Below are positions 27,632 through 47,639 of a stretch of 64,000 nt of DNA, piece after piece (position 1 is the stretch's first letter; each line of letters starts with the position of its first letter). Under the pieces are notes generated by a model. It was not told where the DNA came from. It worked only from the letters and a program-made list of their open reading frames with translations, and did no database searches. The translations under genes and the position numbers were made by a program. Origin of the DNA: the human T2T-CHM13v2.0 reference genome, Homo sapiens; contig CP086569.2 in assembly GCA_009914755.4 (NCBI GenBank), forward strand, positions 5,792,001-5,856,000. The letters run 5' to 3'.

Positions 27632-30090
27632 AGAGGACCTCCCTTGGGAGATCAATCCCCTGTCCTCCTGTTCTTTGCTCCATGAAAAACATCCACCTAC
27701 GACCTCAGGTCCTCAGACCCACCAGCCCAAGGAACATCTCACCAATTTTAAATCAGGTAAGCGGCCTCTTTTTACTCTCTTCTCCAGCCCCCTTCACTAT
27801 CCCTCAACCTCGTTCTCCTTTCAATCTTGGTGCCACACTTCAATCTCTCCATTCTCTTAATTTCAATTCCTTTCATTTTCTGGTAGAGACAAAGGAGACA
27901 TGTTTTATCTGTGGACCCAAAACTCCAGTGCCGGTCACAGACTAGGGAAGGCAGCCTTCCCTTGGTGTTTACTAATTGCAGGGATGCCTCTCTGATTATT
28001 CACCCAGGTTTCAGAGGTGTCAGACCATGCAGGGACGCCTGCCTTGATCCTTCAACCTTAGCGACAAGTCCCACTTTTCTGGGGAAGGGGCAAGTACCCC
28101 AACCCCTTCTCTCTGTGTCTCTACCCCTTCTCCACCTTTCTGGGGGGCAAGAGACCCCCAACCCCTTCTCCTTCACCCTTAGTGGCAAGTCCCGCTTTTC
28201 TAGGGGAGGGGCAAGTACCCCAACCCCTTATATCTCTGCACCCCGATCCCTTATTTCCACACCCCAACCTCTTATATCTCTGTGCCCCAATCCCTTATTT
28301 CCATGCCCTGACATCGTATCTCTGTGTCCCAACCCCTTTCCCACTTTTCTGGAGGGTAAGAACTCCCAAACCCCTTCCCTCTGTGTCTCTACTCTCTCTT
28401 TTCTCTGGGCTTGCCTCCTTCACTATTTGCAACCTTCCACCCTCCATTCCTCCTTCTTCTCCCTTAGCCTGTGTTCTTAAGAACTTAAAACCTCTTCAAC
28501 TCTCACCTGATCTAAAATCTAAGCATGTTATTGTCTTCTGCAATGCCACTTGACCCCAATACAAACTTGACAGTAGTTCCAAATAGCCAGAAAATGGCAC
28601 TTTCAATTTTTCCACCCTGCAAGTTCTAAATAATTATTGTCATAAAATAGGCAAATGGTCTGAGGTGCCTGATGTCCAGGAATTATTTTACACATCGGTC
28701 CCTTCCTAGTTTCTGTGCCCAGTGCAACTCATCCCAAAACTTCCTTCTTTCCCTCCCACCTGTCCCCTCCATCCCAACCCCCAGCATCGCTGAGTCTTTC
28801 TAATCTCCCTTTTCTACAGACCCATCTGACCTCTCCCCTCCTCCCCAGACTGCTCCTCACCAGGCCGAGCTAGGTCCCAATTCTTCCTCAGCCTCCGCTC
28901 CTCCACCCAATAATCCTTTTATCACCTCCCCTCCTCACACCTGGTCCAGCTTACAGTTTCATTCTGTGACTAGCCATCCCCCACCTGCCCAGCAATTTAC
29001 TCTTAAAAAGGTGGCTGGAGCTAAAGCCATAGTCAAGGTTAATGCTCCCTTTTCTTTATTCCAAATCAGATAGCATTTAGGCTCTTTTTCATCAAATATA
29101 AAAATCCAGCCCAGTTCATGACTCATTTGGCAGCAACGCTGAGATACTTTATAGCCCTAGACCCTAAAAGGTCAAAAGGCCATCTTATTCTCAAAATACA
29201 TTTTATTACCCAATCTGCTCCTGACATTAAATAAAACTCAAAAAATTAAATTCTGGCCCTCAAACCCCACAACAGGATTTAATTAACCTCGCCTTCAAGG
29301 TGTACAATAATAGAAAAAAGTTGCAATTCCTTGCTTCCACTGTGAGACAAACCCCAGCCACATCTCCAGCAAACAAGAACTTCCAAACGCCTGAATCGCA
29401 GCAGCCAGGCATTCCTCCAGAACCTCCTCCCTGAGGAGCTTGCTACAAGTGCCAGAAATCTGGCCACCAGGCCAAGGAATGCCTGCAGCCCAGGATTCCT
29501 CCTAAGCCACATCCCATCTGTGCAGGACCCCACTGGAAATCATACTGTCCAACTCACCTGGCAGCCACTCCCAGAGCCCCTGGAACTCTGGCCCAAGGCT
29601 CTCTGACTCCTTCCCAGATCTTCTTGGCTTAACGGCTGAAGACTGACACTGCCTGATCACCTCGGAAGCCCCCTAGACCGTCACAGATGCTGAGCTTTGG
29701 ATAACTGTCACAGTGGAAGGTAAGTCTGTCCCCTTCTTAATCATTACGGAGGCTACCCACTCCACATTACCTTCTTTTCAAGGGCCTGTTTCCCTTGCCT
29801 CCCTAACTGTTGTGGGTATTGACAGCCAGGCTTCTAAACCTCTTAAAACTCCCCCACTCTTGGTGCCAACCTAGACAACACTCATTTAAGCACTCCTTTT
29901 AGTTATCCCCACCTGCCCAGTTCCCTTATTAGGCTGAGACACTTTAACTAAATTATCTGCTTCCTTGACTATTCCTGGATTATAGCTACATCTCATTGCT
30001 GCCCTTCTTCCCAATCCAAAGCCTCCTTTGCATCCTCCTCTTGTATTCCCCCACCTTAACCCACAAGTATAAGATACCTCTACTCCCTCC

Positions 30091-30483
30091 TTGGTGACTG
30101 ATCATGCACCCCTTACCATCTCATTAAAATCTAATCACCCTTACCCCACTGCACACCAATATCCCATCCCACAGCACGCTTTAAAAGGATTAAAACCTGT
30201 TATCATTCGCCTGCTACAGCATGGGCTTCTAAAACCTATAAACTCTCCTTACAATTCCCCCATTTTACCTGTCCAAAAACTGGACAAGTCTTACAGATTC
30301 GTTCAGGATCTGCGCCTTATCAACCAAATTGTTTTGCCTATCCACACTGTGGTGCCCAACCCATACACTCTTTTGTCCTCATTACCTTCCTCCACAACTC
30401 ACTATTCTGTTCTTGATCTTAAAGATGGTTTTTTCACTATTCGCCTGCACCCCTTGTCCCAGCCTCTCTTTGCTTTCACTTAG
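30091..30483 (+). pseudogene. HERV-H pol fragment, reverse-transcriptase N-terminal region, gammaretrovirus-like
   Basis: Peptide ..LKGLKPVIIRLLQHGLLKPINSPYNSPILPVQKLDKSYRFVQDLRLINQIVLPIHTVVPNPYTLLSSLP..YSVLDLKDGFFTIRLHPLSQPLFAFT matches the MLV-type RT motif pattern (GI.P.I..LL..GIL.PC.SPWNTPLLPVKK...YRPVQDLR.VN......HPTVPNPYNLLS.LPP....YTVLDLKDAFFCL.LHP.SQPLFAF). Confidence 0.75.
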
Positions 30484-31439
30484 ACTGACCCTGACACCCA
30501 TTAGGCTCAGCAAATTACCTGGGCTGTACTGCCGCAAGGCTTCACAGACAGCCCCCATTACTTCAGTCAAGCCCAAATTTCATCCTCATCTGTTACCTAT
30601 CTTGGCATAATTCTCATAAAAACACACGTGCTTTCCCTGCTGATCATGTCCGATTAATCTCCCAAACCTCAATCCCTTACAAAACAACATTCCTTTCCTT
30701 CCTAGCCATGATTAGTGTGGTCAGAATTCTTACACAAGAGCCAGGACCGCACCCTGTAGCCTTTCTGTCCAAACAATTTGACCTTACTGTTTTAGCCTAG
30801 CCATCATGTCTCCGTGCAGTGGCTGCTGCCACCCTAATACTTCTAGAGGCCCTCAAAATCAGAAACTATGCTCAACTTACTCTCTACATTTCTCATAACT
30901 TCCAAAATTGATTTTCTTCCTCATACCTGATGCATATACTTTCTGCTCCCTGGCTCCTTCAGCTGTACTCACTCTTTGTTAAGTCCCACAGTTACCATTG
31001 TTCCTGGCCCAGACTTCATTCCGGCCTCCCACATTATTCCTGATACCACACCTGACCCACATGACTGTATCTCTCTGATCCACCTGACATTCACCCCATT
31101 TCCCCATATTTCCTTCTTTCCTGTTCCTCACCCTGATCACGCTTGATTTATTGATGGCAGTTCCACCAGGCCTAATCACCACACACCAGCAAAGGCAGGC
31201 TATGCTATAGTACAAGCAACTAGCCCGCCTCTTAGAACCTCTCATTTTCTTTCCATTGTGGAAATCTATCCTCAAGGAAATAACTTCTCAGTGTTCCATC
31301 TGCTACTCTACTACTCCTCAGGGATTATTCAGGCCCCCTCCCTTCCCTACACATCAAGCTCGAGGATTTGCCCCCACCCAGGACTGGCAAATTAGCTTTA
31401 CTCAACATGACCCAAGTCACAAAAACTAAAATACCTCTT

Positions 31440-31900
31440 AGTCTAAGTAGACACTTTCACTAGATAGGTAGAGGCCTTTCCTACAGGGCCTCAGAAGGCC
31501 ACCGCAGTCATATCTTCCCTCCTGTCAGACATAATTCCTCAGTTTAGCCTTCCCACCTCTATACAGTCTGATAACAGACCAGCCTTTATTAGTCAAATAA
31601 GACAAGCATTTTTTCAGGCTCTTAGTATTCAGTGAAACCTTTATATCCCTTACAGTCCTCAGTCTTCAGGAAAAGTAGAACAGACTAATGGTCTTTTAAA
31701 AACACACCTCACCAAGCTCAGCCACCAACTTAAAAAGGACTGGACAATACTTTTACCACTTTCCCTTCTCAGAATTCAGGCCTGTCCTCAGAATGCTACA
31801 GGGTATAGCCCATTTGAGCTCCTGTATAGACACTCCTTTTTATTAGGCCCCAGTCTCATTCCAGACACCAGACCAACCTGGACCGTGCCCCCAAAAAACT
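31440..31900 (+). pseudogene. HERV-H pol fragment, integrase catalytic-core region, disrupted by stops
   Basis: Translation ..QSDNRPAFISQIRQAFFQALSIQ*NLYIPYSPQSSGKVEQTNGLLKTHLTKL..DWTILLPLSLLRIQACPQNATGYSPFELLY.. parallels the MLV IN core (GTDNGPAF.S......LGI...LH.AYRPQSSGQVER.N...K..L.KL....DW..LLPLAL.R.R..P...GLTPYE.LYG). Confidence 0.55.
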
Positions 31901-32814
31901 TGTCATCCCTACTATCTTCTGTCTAGTCATACTCCTATTCACTGTTCTCACCTACTCATACATGCCCTACTCTTGTTTACACTGCCGGTTTACACTGTTT
32001 CTCCAAGCCATCACAGCTGATATCTCCTGGTGCTATCCCCCAAACTGCCACTCTTAACTCTTGAAGTAAATAAATAATCTTTGCTGACAGGACTATGGTG
32101 AATTTCCTCAGGCACTCTAATTAGATGTCCTAGGTCCTCCCAATTCTTAGACCTTTAATACCTGTTTTTCTCCTTCTCTTATTCCGTTTAGTTTTTCAAT
32201 TCATACAAAACCATATCCAGGCCATCACCAATAATTCTAAATGACAAATGTTTCTTCTAACAGTCCCACAATATCACCCCTTACCACAAAATCTTCCTTC
32301 AGCTTAATCTCTCCCACTCTAGGTTCCCACGCCACCCCTAATGCTGCTCGAAGCAGCCCTGAGAAACATTGCCCATTATCTCTCCATACCACCCCCAAAA
32401 ATTTTCACCATCCCAACACTTTACCACTATTTCATTTTGTTTTTCTTATTAATATAAGAAGACAGGAATGTCAGGCCTCTGAGCCCAAGCTAAGCCATCA
32501 TATCCCTTGTGACCTACAAGTACACATCCAGATGGCTGGTTCCTGCCTTAACTGATGACATTCCACCACAAAAGAAGTGAAAATGGCCTGTTCCTGCCTT
32601 AACTGATGACATTGTCTTGTGAAATTCCTTCTCCTGGCTCATCCTGGCTCAAAAGCTCCCCTACTGAGCACCTTGTGACCCCCACTCTGCCTGCCAGAGA
32701 ACAACCCCCCTTTGACTGTAATTTTCCTTTACCTACTCAAATCCTATAAAACTGCCCCACTCCCATCTCCCTTCACTGACCCTTTTCAGACTCAGCCCAC
32801 CTGCATCCAGGTGA

Positions 32815-32820
32815 AATAAA
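32815..32820 (+). promoter_or_regulatory. AATAAA polyadenylation signal in the 3' LTR R region. The homologous site in the 5' LTR is mutated to AATAGA.
   Basis: gtgaaataaacagctttattgctcac in the 3' LTR versus gtgaaatagacagctttattggtcac in the 5' LTR. Confidence 0.45.
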
Positions 32821-34743
32821 CAGCTTTATTGCTCACACAAAGCCTATTTGGTGGTCTCTTCACACGGAAGCGAATGAAAATATTAATATAAAAACAGACA
32901 CATAGATTAATGGAAAAGAGTAGTAAACTCAGAAGTAAAACCACACACTTACAATTATCTGATCATCAACAAGGCCGACAAAACCAAGCAATGGGAAAAG
33001 CACTACCTATTCAATATATACTGCTGGGATAACTGGCTAGTTATAAATGCAGAAGAATGAAACTGTACTCTTGCCTTTCATCATCTACAAAAATTACTCC
33101 AAGATGAATTAATTAAATTTAAGATATCAGTCTATAAAAAACTTAGAAGAAAACCTAGGAAATATCCTCCTCAACACGGGCCTTGGCAAATAATTTTTGG
33201 CTGAGTTCTCAAAAGCAATTGCAAATATATGCCAAAAATTGGCAACTGGTACATAATTAAAATCTTCCACACAGCTAAAGAAACTATTAATAGAGTAAAC
33301 AGACTACCTACACAATGGGAGAAAATATTTGCAAACTACACATCTGAAAAGGTCTAATATCCAGAAACTACAAGGAACTTAAGCAATTCAATAGTTTAAA
33401 AAACAAATAAAAACATTAAAAAATGGGCATAATATAATCATAGACAAAAGACATACATGCAGTCAAAAATTACATATAAAAATACTAATCATTAGAGAAA
33501 TGTAAATCAAAACCACAATGAGATACCATCTTACACTGGTCAGAATGCCTGTTCTTTTTTTTTTTTTCCTATGTTTCTTTCATTTTTTTTTTTATTATTA
33601 TACTTTAAGTTTTAGGGTACATGTGCACAATGTGCAGGTTAGTTACATATGTATACATGTGCCATGCTGGTGTGCTGCACCCATTAACTCAACATTTAGC
33701 ATTAGGTATATCTCCTAATGCTATCCCTTGCCCCTTCCCCAACCCACAACAGTCCCCAGAGTGTGATGTTCCCCTTCCTGTGTCCATGTGTTCTCATTGT
33801 TCAATTCCCATCTATGAGTGAGAACATGTGGTGTTTGGTTTTTTGTCCTTGCGATAGTTTACTGAGAATGATGATTTCCAATTTCATCCATGTCCCTACA
33901 AAGGACATGAACTCATCATTCTTTATGGCTGCATAGTATTCCATGGTGTATACGTGCCACATTTTCTTAATCCAGTCTATCATTGTTGGACATTTGGGTT
34001 GGTTCCAAGTCTTTGCTATTGTGAATAGTGCCGCAATAAACATACCTGTGCATGTGTCTTTATAGCAGCATGATTTATAATCCTTTGGGTATATACCCAG
34101 TAATGGGATGGCTGGGTCAAATGGTATTTCTAGTTCTAGATCCCTGAGGAATCTAGGGATTTCTAACATAACACACTGACTTCCACAATGGTTGAACTAG
34201 TTTACAGTCCCACCAACAGTGTAAAAGTGTTCCTATTTCTCCACATCCTCTCCAGCACCTGTTGTTTCCTGACTTTTTAATGATTGCCATTCTAACTGGT
34301 GTGAGATGGTGTCTCATTGTGGTTTTGATTTGCAATTCTCTGATGGCCAGTGATGATGAGCATTTTTTTCATGTGTCTTTTGGCTGCACAAATGTCTTCT
34401 TTTGAGAAGTGTCTGTTTATATCCTTTGCCCACTTTTTGATGGGGTTGTTTGTTTTTTTCCTGTAAATTTGTTTGAGTTCGTTGTAGATTCTGGATATTA
34501 GCCCTTTGTCAGATGAGTAGGTTGTGAAAATTTTCTCCCATTTTGTAGGTTGCCTGTTCACTCTGATGGTAGTTTCTTTTGCTGTACAGAAGCTCTTTAG
34601 TTTAATGAGATCCCATTTGTCAATTTTGACTTTTGTTGCCATTGCTTTTGGTGTTTTAGACATGAAGTTCTTGCCCATGACTATGTCCTGAATGGTAATG
34701 CCTAGGTTTTCTTCTAGGGTTTTTATGATTTTAGGTCTAACAT

Positions 34744-35994
<1,251 letters not shown>

Positions 35995-36055
35995 TCAGTT
36001 TGCCAGTATTTTATTGAGGATTTTTGCATCAATATTCATCAAGGATATTGGTCTA

Positions 36056-38838
<2,783 letters not shown>

Positions 38839-40622
38839 ATGCCTGTTCTTAAAAAATAAAAAACAGCAGATATTGGTGAGGTTGTGGAAGAAAAGAAATG
38901 CTTATACACTGTTGATGGGAATGTAAATTAGTTCAGACACTACGGAAAGTAGTTGAGAGCTTTCTTAAATAACTTAGCTATTTCTTAAATAACACAGAGC
39001 TACCATTTGACCCATTAATACTGCTACTGAATATATACACAAAGGAAAATAGATCATTAAATCAAAAGACACATGCACTCATATGTTCATTGCTAGGCTC
39101 TTCACAATAGCAAAGACATGCAATTAACCTAGTGCCCATCAGTGGTAGGTTGAATGAAAAAAATGTCATACATATACACCATAGAATACTATGCAGCCAT
39201 AAAAAAAATTAAATTATGTCTTTTGCAGCAACATGGATAAAGCTGGAGGCCATAATTCTAAGTGAACTAACACAAAAACCAAAAATCAAATACTGCATGT
39301 TCTCACTTGTAAGTGGGAGCTCAACATTGTGTACACATGGACATAAACATGGGAATAATAGATACTAGAGACTACTAGTCAGGAGAGAGTGTGGGGCTTG
39401 GGTTGAAAAACTACTTATTAGATACTAGGCCCAATATCCTGCATGCAATACACCCCTGTAACAAACCTGCACAAGTACCCCCTATACCTAAAGTAAAAGT
39501 TGAAATAAAAAAACTCAGGATAAAAAATCCTTTATATTTTTAAAAAATTAATAAGTAAGCTTGAAAGCAAGAAGACACAGTCTTCAGGTAACATACATAA
39601 TCTAATAAGAAACTTATAGCCATTAATTAGAGGGATGTAATCCTTTATGAAACTCTGAGATAATTGACATATTCCCCAGGATAGTTATTTTTTTTTTTGG
39701 CCAAAATATCTCATACATTTCAGGATATTTGGCTTTTCTGGACCCATTCACACTAAATGCCAATAAGATCCAATAGTCATTGCAACAAGTAATAATGCAT
39801 CAACTAGAAGAAAATTTATTACGAGGTTAATGAAGCTCAAATTTAAGGGTCTGCCATTAAATGAACTCCTCCCAGATCCCTGTACCTAATTTTGTATTTG
39901 TAAATTTGTATTATTCTTTAAAAGACATTAAGAGTTGTATAAAACTTCAGACCCCCCAGTTCTAGATTTTACCCTGACTCAAACATTGTCAAACTCCGTC
40001 AGCCTAGGGAAGGAGGGACAGATACATTCTCAATTGAGAAACAGTGTTTTCAGGAAAAGGGATATTTACACACAAGTGAGGATTGGAACTGAGCCTATAG
40101 TCTATTTGTGTGTTGGATTCCTGAAAGTCCTCCCCTCTATATATCCAGAAGTGTGAAAATGATTGTGACATGTGTGACCCTAAATGTGGATAAGGAAGAC
40201 TCTTTTTCCCGGCCTCAAAAAATGGATTACTAGTGAATTTTTTGTCCTGAAATATGAGTCTAAGGAATTCATCTGCAATAAACCAACATCACTATGTGTT
40301 TCAACCATGTGTGTTTGAGGGCTGAAATTACCAACTTATGTAACAATTTTCAGCCAAAAAATTAAGACAATAAATCCTATGAGGATGATCTTACTAATAA
40401 AAATTACAAAATACCTCCCAAATCTCACCACTACAAGGCAAAGTTAGCATATGTAACAAATAGAAGAATTCACACTGGAGAAAATAAAAATAATAACACG
40501 AGCATATGTTATGTCACAGGAATTTAAGGTGCCACATTCCTGTGACAATCTGGAAAAGCCAAAAAAAAAAGTCCTACAGCTTGAAGATCTTTATAATCTG
40601 TCTTTCGGCATAAAATTAAAGG

Positions 40623-40654
40623 TTTTTTTTGTTTTTTTTTTTTTTTTTTTTTTT
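40623..40654 (+). repeat. poly(T) tract of about 32 nt, with one G interruption just upstream
   Basis: ggttttttttgtttttttttttttttttttttttaaatc. Confidence 0.9.
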
Positions 40655-43158
40655 AAATCAGACCTATGAAACCAGTTCAGACTAAGAACCTCAAGAATGC
40701 TCTGGATTCCAGCTTGAGATGATCTTTGGGTTTGACTGTTGACTCTATCCTATTCTGACAACAAAATCAACTTCTAGGAGTTTCAGAACTTTTAGAAATG
40801 TGATGTAAGCTATTGTTCATTTTCTTATAAACATGATCACATATGTATATAACAAATTTTGTATACAACATCAAGATCATCACAAATTACCCAACATTTA
40901 TTACTGTACCCCAAAGCAGTCATAAACCCTGGTTAACAACACCTATTATAGATAATAATATCTATGTATAGAAGCAACTGTTGAAATCCTTTAGATTTTA
41001 TGTATCGCAAAAAATTGGGGTTCTATGAAGAGGCTTATATCTCAGCCCTTGTTTATTTCCTCTATGTTGTACTTCCATTTGGTACAGATATAATATAACC
41101 TGTATATATTATTTAGCTACAGAAAGCATCAAGTAATTTGAGCAAATTCATACTTTTTCATAGATCATTAAATTTCACAATGCTCTTAATCCATACCCTT
41201 TCAGAGGTGGAGAGTAGGAGATCCAAGCTAAAATGTTAAAAGTATATAACAAATAAATATGTTAAGATAAAATAAAACTTGAAATTAGTATATAATTGAA
41301 ATAGTGATAGAAGATAAATAAGATAAGGTCAGAAGTGACAATGGCTTAAAGATGCATGTTAAAATTACGTAGTATATTTTCCATACCAGGATGCAAATGT
41401 GACTTAAGCTTTCAAGTAGAAAATGTGAACCCCAAAAATCTGAGACAGGTCTCAGTTAATTTAAAAAGTTTATTTTGCCAAGGTAGAGGATGCAGGCCTG
41501 TGACACAGCCTCATGAGATCCTGACAATATGTTCCCAAAGTGGTCAGAGCACTGTTTGATTTTATGGATTCCAGGGAGACATGAGACATCAATCAACATT
41601 TCCAAGATGAGCATTGGTTTGGTCTGGAAAGGGACAACTCAAAGCAAAGGTGGGAAGACTGAAAGCAGGGAGAGGACTTCCAGGTCATAGGTAGGTAAGA
41701 GACAAATAGCTGCATTCTTTTGAATTTCTGATTAGCCTCTCCCAAGGAGGGAATCAGATATGCATTTATCTCAGTGAGCAGAGGAGTGACTTTGAAAAGC
41801 ATGGGAGGCAGGTTGGCCCTAAGCAGTTTCTAGCTTGACTTTTCCCCTTTCACAAAAATGTAAAGCATTATTTTCTGATATTGCTTAATCCAAGAATATA
41901 TTTAAAAGCATATAAATCTGGGATCAGAAAACACTTTCTTTAAATAGTGAATAGTTTAAATATTGCGAGCCATATGGTCTCAAACTCATATTCTTTGCTT
42001 TTTTTGTTTTCTGTTTATTTTATATTAGTTTGTTTTACAGCCCTTAAAAACTGTAAAAGACTTTCTTAGCTCCCAGGCCATACAAAAACAGATCCATAAG
42101 TTTGCCAACCTCTGATATGGAAATTTGATTGACTAAGGATTCTTTAAACAATTTTGCATAGATATTGCCTCTTTCTACTGAAATTTGCTAAGACAGCAAT
42201 GCTAAATTTCAAGTCGTGCTTACTAATAAGTACCTGATTTATAACCCTTCTTATTTACCAGTTAATTATGAAAGCTATATTATTTCCCAGCAAGTCAAGT
42301 TAGGGATATAATTGCTATTGTCTTGAAAAAGTTTAGAAACCTGACTGTTATTTTGGTTTTCTTGAGAGCAGATGCCAATATGAGATTAGATATTCAAGAC
42401 ATATGTTTAAAGTAATGTTTATGGAAGATAAACAGAAAAAGCAGAGATAATCTTCATACAGTAATACCGAAACCTGTGAAAGAACAAACCATAGGGAGGT
42501 GGATTGAATATGAAAAGATCCAGACTGTAGCACAGCTTTGAAAAAGATTTGGTCAGGCCATAAAATAGTGCTATGTCCCACAGAGAATACTCATAGTCTG
42601 TTATTGACTGAGGTATTCCAGAAGAAATGTGGACTCAGCACAAAGCAGAGATATATCTAGAGGAACAGTGGCTAGGATTTTCAGCCAACTACACTTCCCA
42701 GAGCAAAAGATCTGAGTGACACATTTCCCTGTCTGCCTACACTGACAAAAAAACACAGTTTTTAAAGAATGGCAAATTTGTCAAATAATTATGTACAAAA
42801 AAGCATCAGTAATTTAAAAGAGAATTATTTCAGCCTTTTTTACATTTTATTTTTTAAGTGGAAGATTTTTATTATTTTATTTTTATAGATTTTTAATTTT
42901 TAATTTTTATGAGCACATAGTGGGTGTGTATATTTATGGGGTATATAAAATGTTTTGATAGAGGCATGCAATATGAAATAATTAATCACTTCACAGAAAA
43001 TGGGGTATCCATTTCTTCAAGCATTTATCCTTTGAGTTACAAACAATCCAATTACACCCTTTAAGTTATTTTAAAATGTACAATTAAGTTATTGTTGATT
43101 TTAGTCACCTTGTTGTGCTATCAAATAGTAGGTCTTATTCATTCGATAATAGAATTGA

Positions 43159-46700
<3,542 letters not shown>

Positions 46701-47341
46701 CAGTAATACCAATAATTTGTAAATTAATCAATTTATTTAGTCCCAGATGTCTCAAAGACTTTTTAAAATCAACTTTTAGATTTTGTTATCAAATACTCCT
46801 GAATGCAGGAACAGCATAATAGGACATACTCAGTGCCCTGGATTACCACACTTAATTGAAGTAAACCATGATGTAAATAAAATAAATGTTGAGATGGATT
46901 GTTTATCCAGTGAAATAATGAGTTTACTTCTTCTTGCTGATGGAGTAGCAGTTAATACTAACAAAAAAGACGAAATTTCAGATGCTGTGGTAAGAAGGAA
47001 ACTAAACTTTTCAATTACACCTCAGAATGTTTTAATGAGTAGCTCTGAAAAAATTATGCCATCACAAAATGACATCTCACAAACTAACATTTCTCAGTCA
47101 GTTCTATTTGATAATAAAAATCTCATTACTGAATGCCACCGTGTTAATTCAACCTAAACTGTCATAGTCCATCCATTTAGCTGGAGAGACATCAAGAACA
47201 TGCCAGACACATTTTATTTGGTGGTAAGCTGATTGCTTTTTCACCTTTAAGCCTCTCTGTGTAGAACAATCAGAAGAATTTTAAATTTAAAAGTAAAACA
47301 AAATACTTCCTTCTGTATTTTTAATGCTGTAATATATTCTT

Positions 47342-47612
47342 TCTTTTTTGGACAGGATCTCATTCTGTGTGTAGACTGGAGTACGGTGACATGACCACAG
47401 TGTGCTGTAGCCTCAACCTCCTGGGCTCAAGCTATCCAAAGGAGCTGGGACTACAGGCACACACAGCTATGGGTGGCTATTTTTTTTTTAATTTTGTAGA
47501 TACAGGGTCTCACTAAGTTGCCCAGGCTGGTCTCAATCTCCCGACCTCAAGGAATCCTCCTGCCTTTGCCTCCCAAAGTGCTGAAATTACAGGCATGAGC
47601 CTCTATGCCTAG
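47342..47612 (-). mobile_element. Alu SINE (older, AluJ/S-like), minus orientation
   Basis: gacaggatctcattctgtgtgtagactggagtacggtgacatgaccacagtgtgctgtagcctcaacctcctgggctcaagctatcc ... ttgcctcccaaagtgctgaaattacaggcatgagcctctatgcc. Diverged. A-rich linker retained. Confidence 0.85.
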
Positions 47613-47639
47613 TCTGTAATATATTCTTTAGACTATTAA

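Larger units (their letters stand above)
27199..32879 (+). mobile_element. HERV-H provirus, the common pol/env-deleted ~5.7-kb form, with LTR7-like LTRs. 5' LTR 27199-27610. 3' LTR 32469-32879.
   Basis: Both LTRs start tgtcaggcctctgagcc[t/c]aagctaagccatcat and end ...ggtggtctcttcaca[t/c]gga.g.g.atgaaa (LTR7 head and tail). The PBS that follows, tttagtgctatgactcagatc, is a CpG-decayed His-tRNA PBS (TTGGTGCCGTGACTCGGAT). Then the leader gaggacctcccttgggagatcaatcccctgtcctcctg.. and the splice-donor context ttttaaatcag|gtaagcgg. Purine tract aagaagacaggaa before the 3' LTR. 5-bp TSD ATATT at 27194-27198 and 32880-32884. Confidence 0.85.

Noticed and set aside
28050-28400. Repeat periodicity that could be mistaken for a CRISPR-like or minisatellite array
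   Set aside because: The units are imperfect, variable in length and part of the HERV-H leader. There are no spacer/repeat alternations. It is eukaryotic sequence in any case.
27911-28553. 189-aa and 123-aa proline/serine-rich ORFs
   Set aside because: They lie in the HERV-H pre-gag leader, where imperfect tandem repeats (..ttttctgggg.agggcaagtaccccaacccctt.tct..) create long stop-free frames. This is a known HERV-H structure, not a gene.
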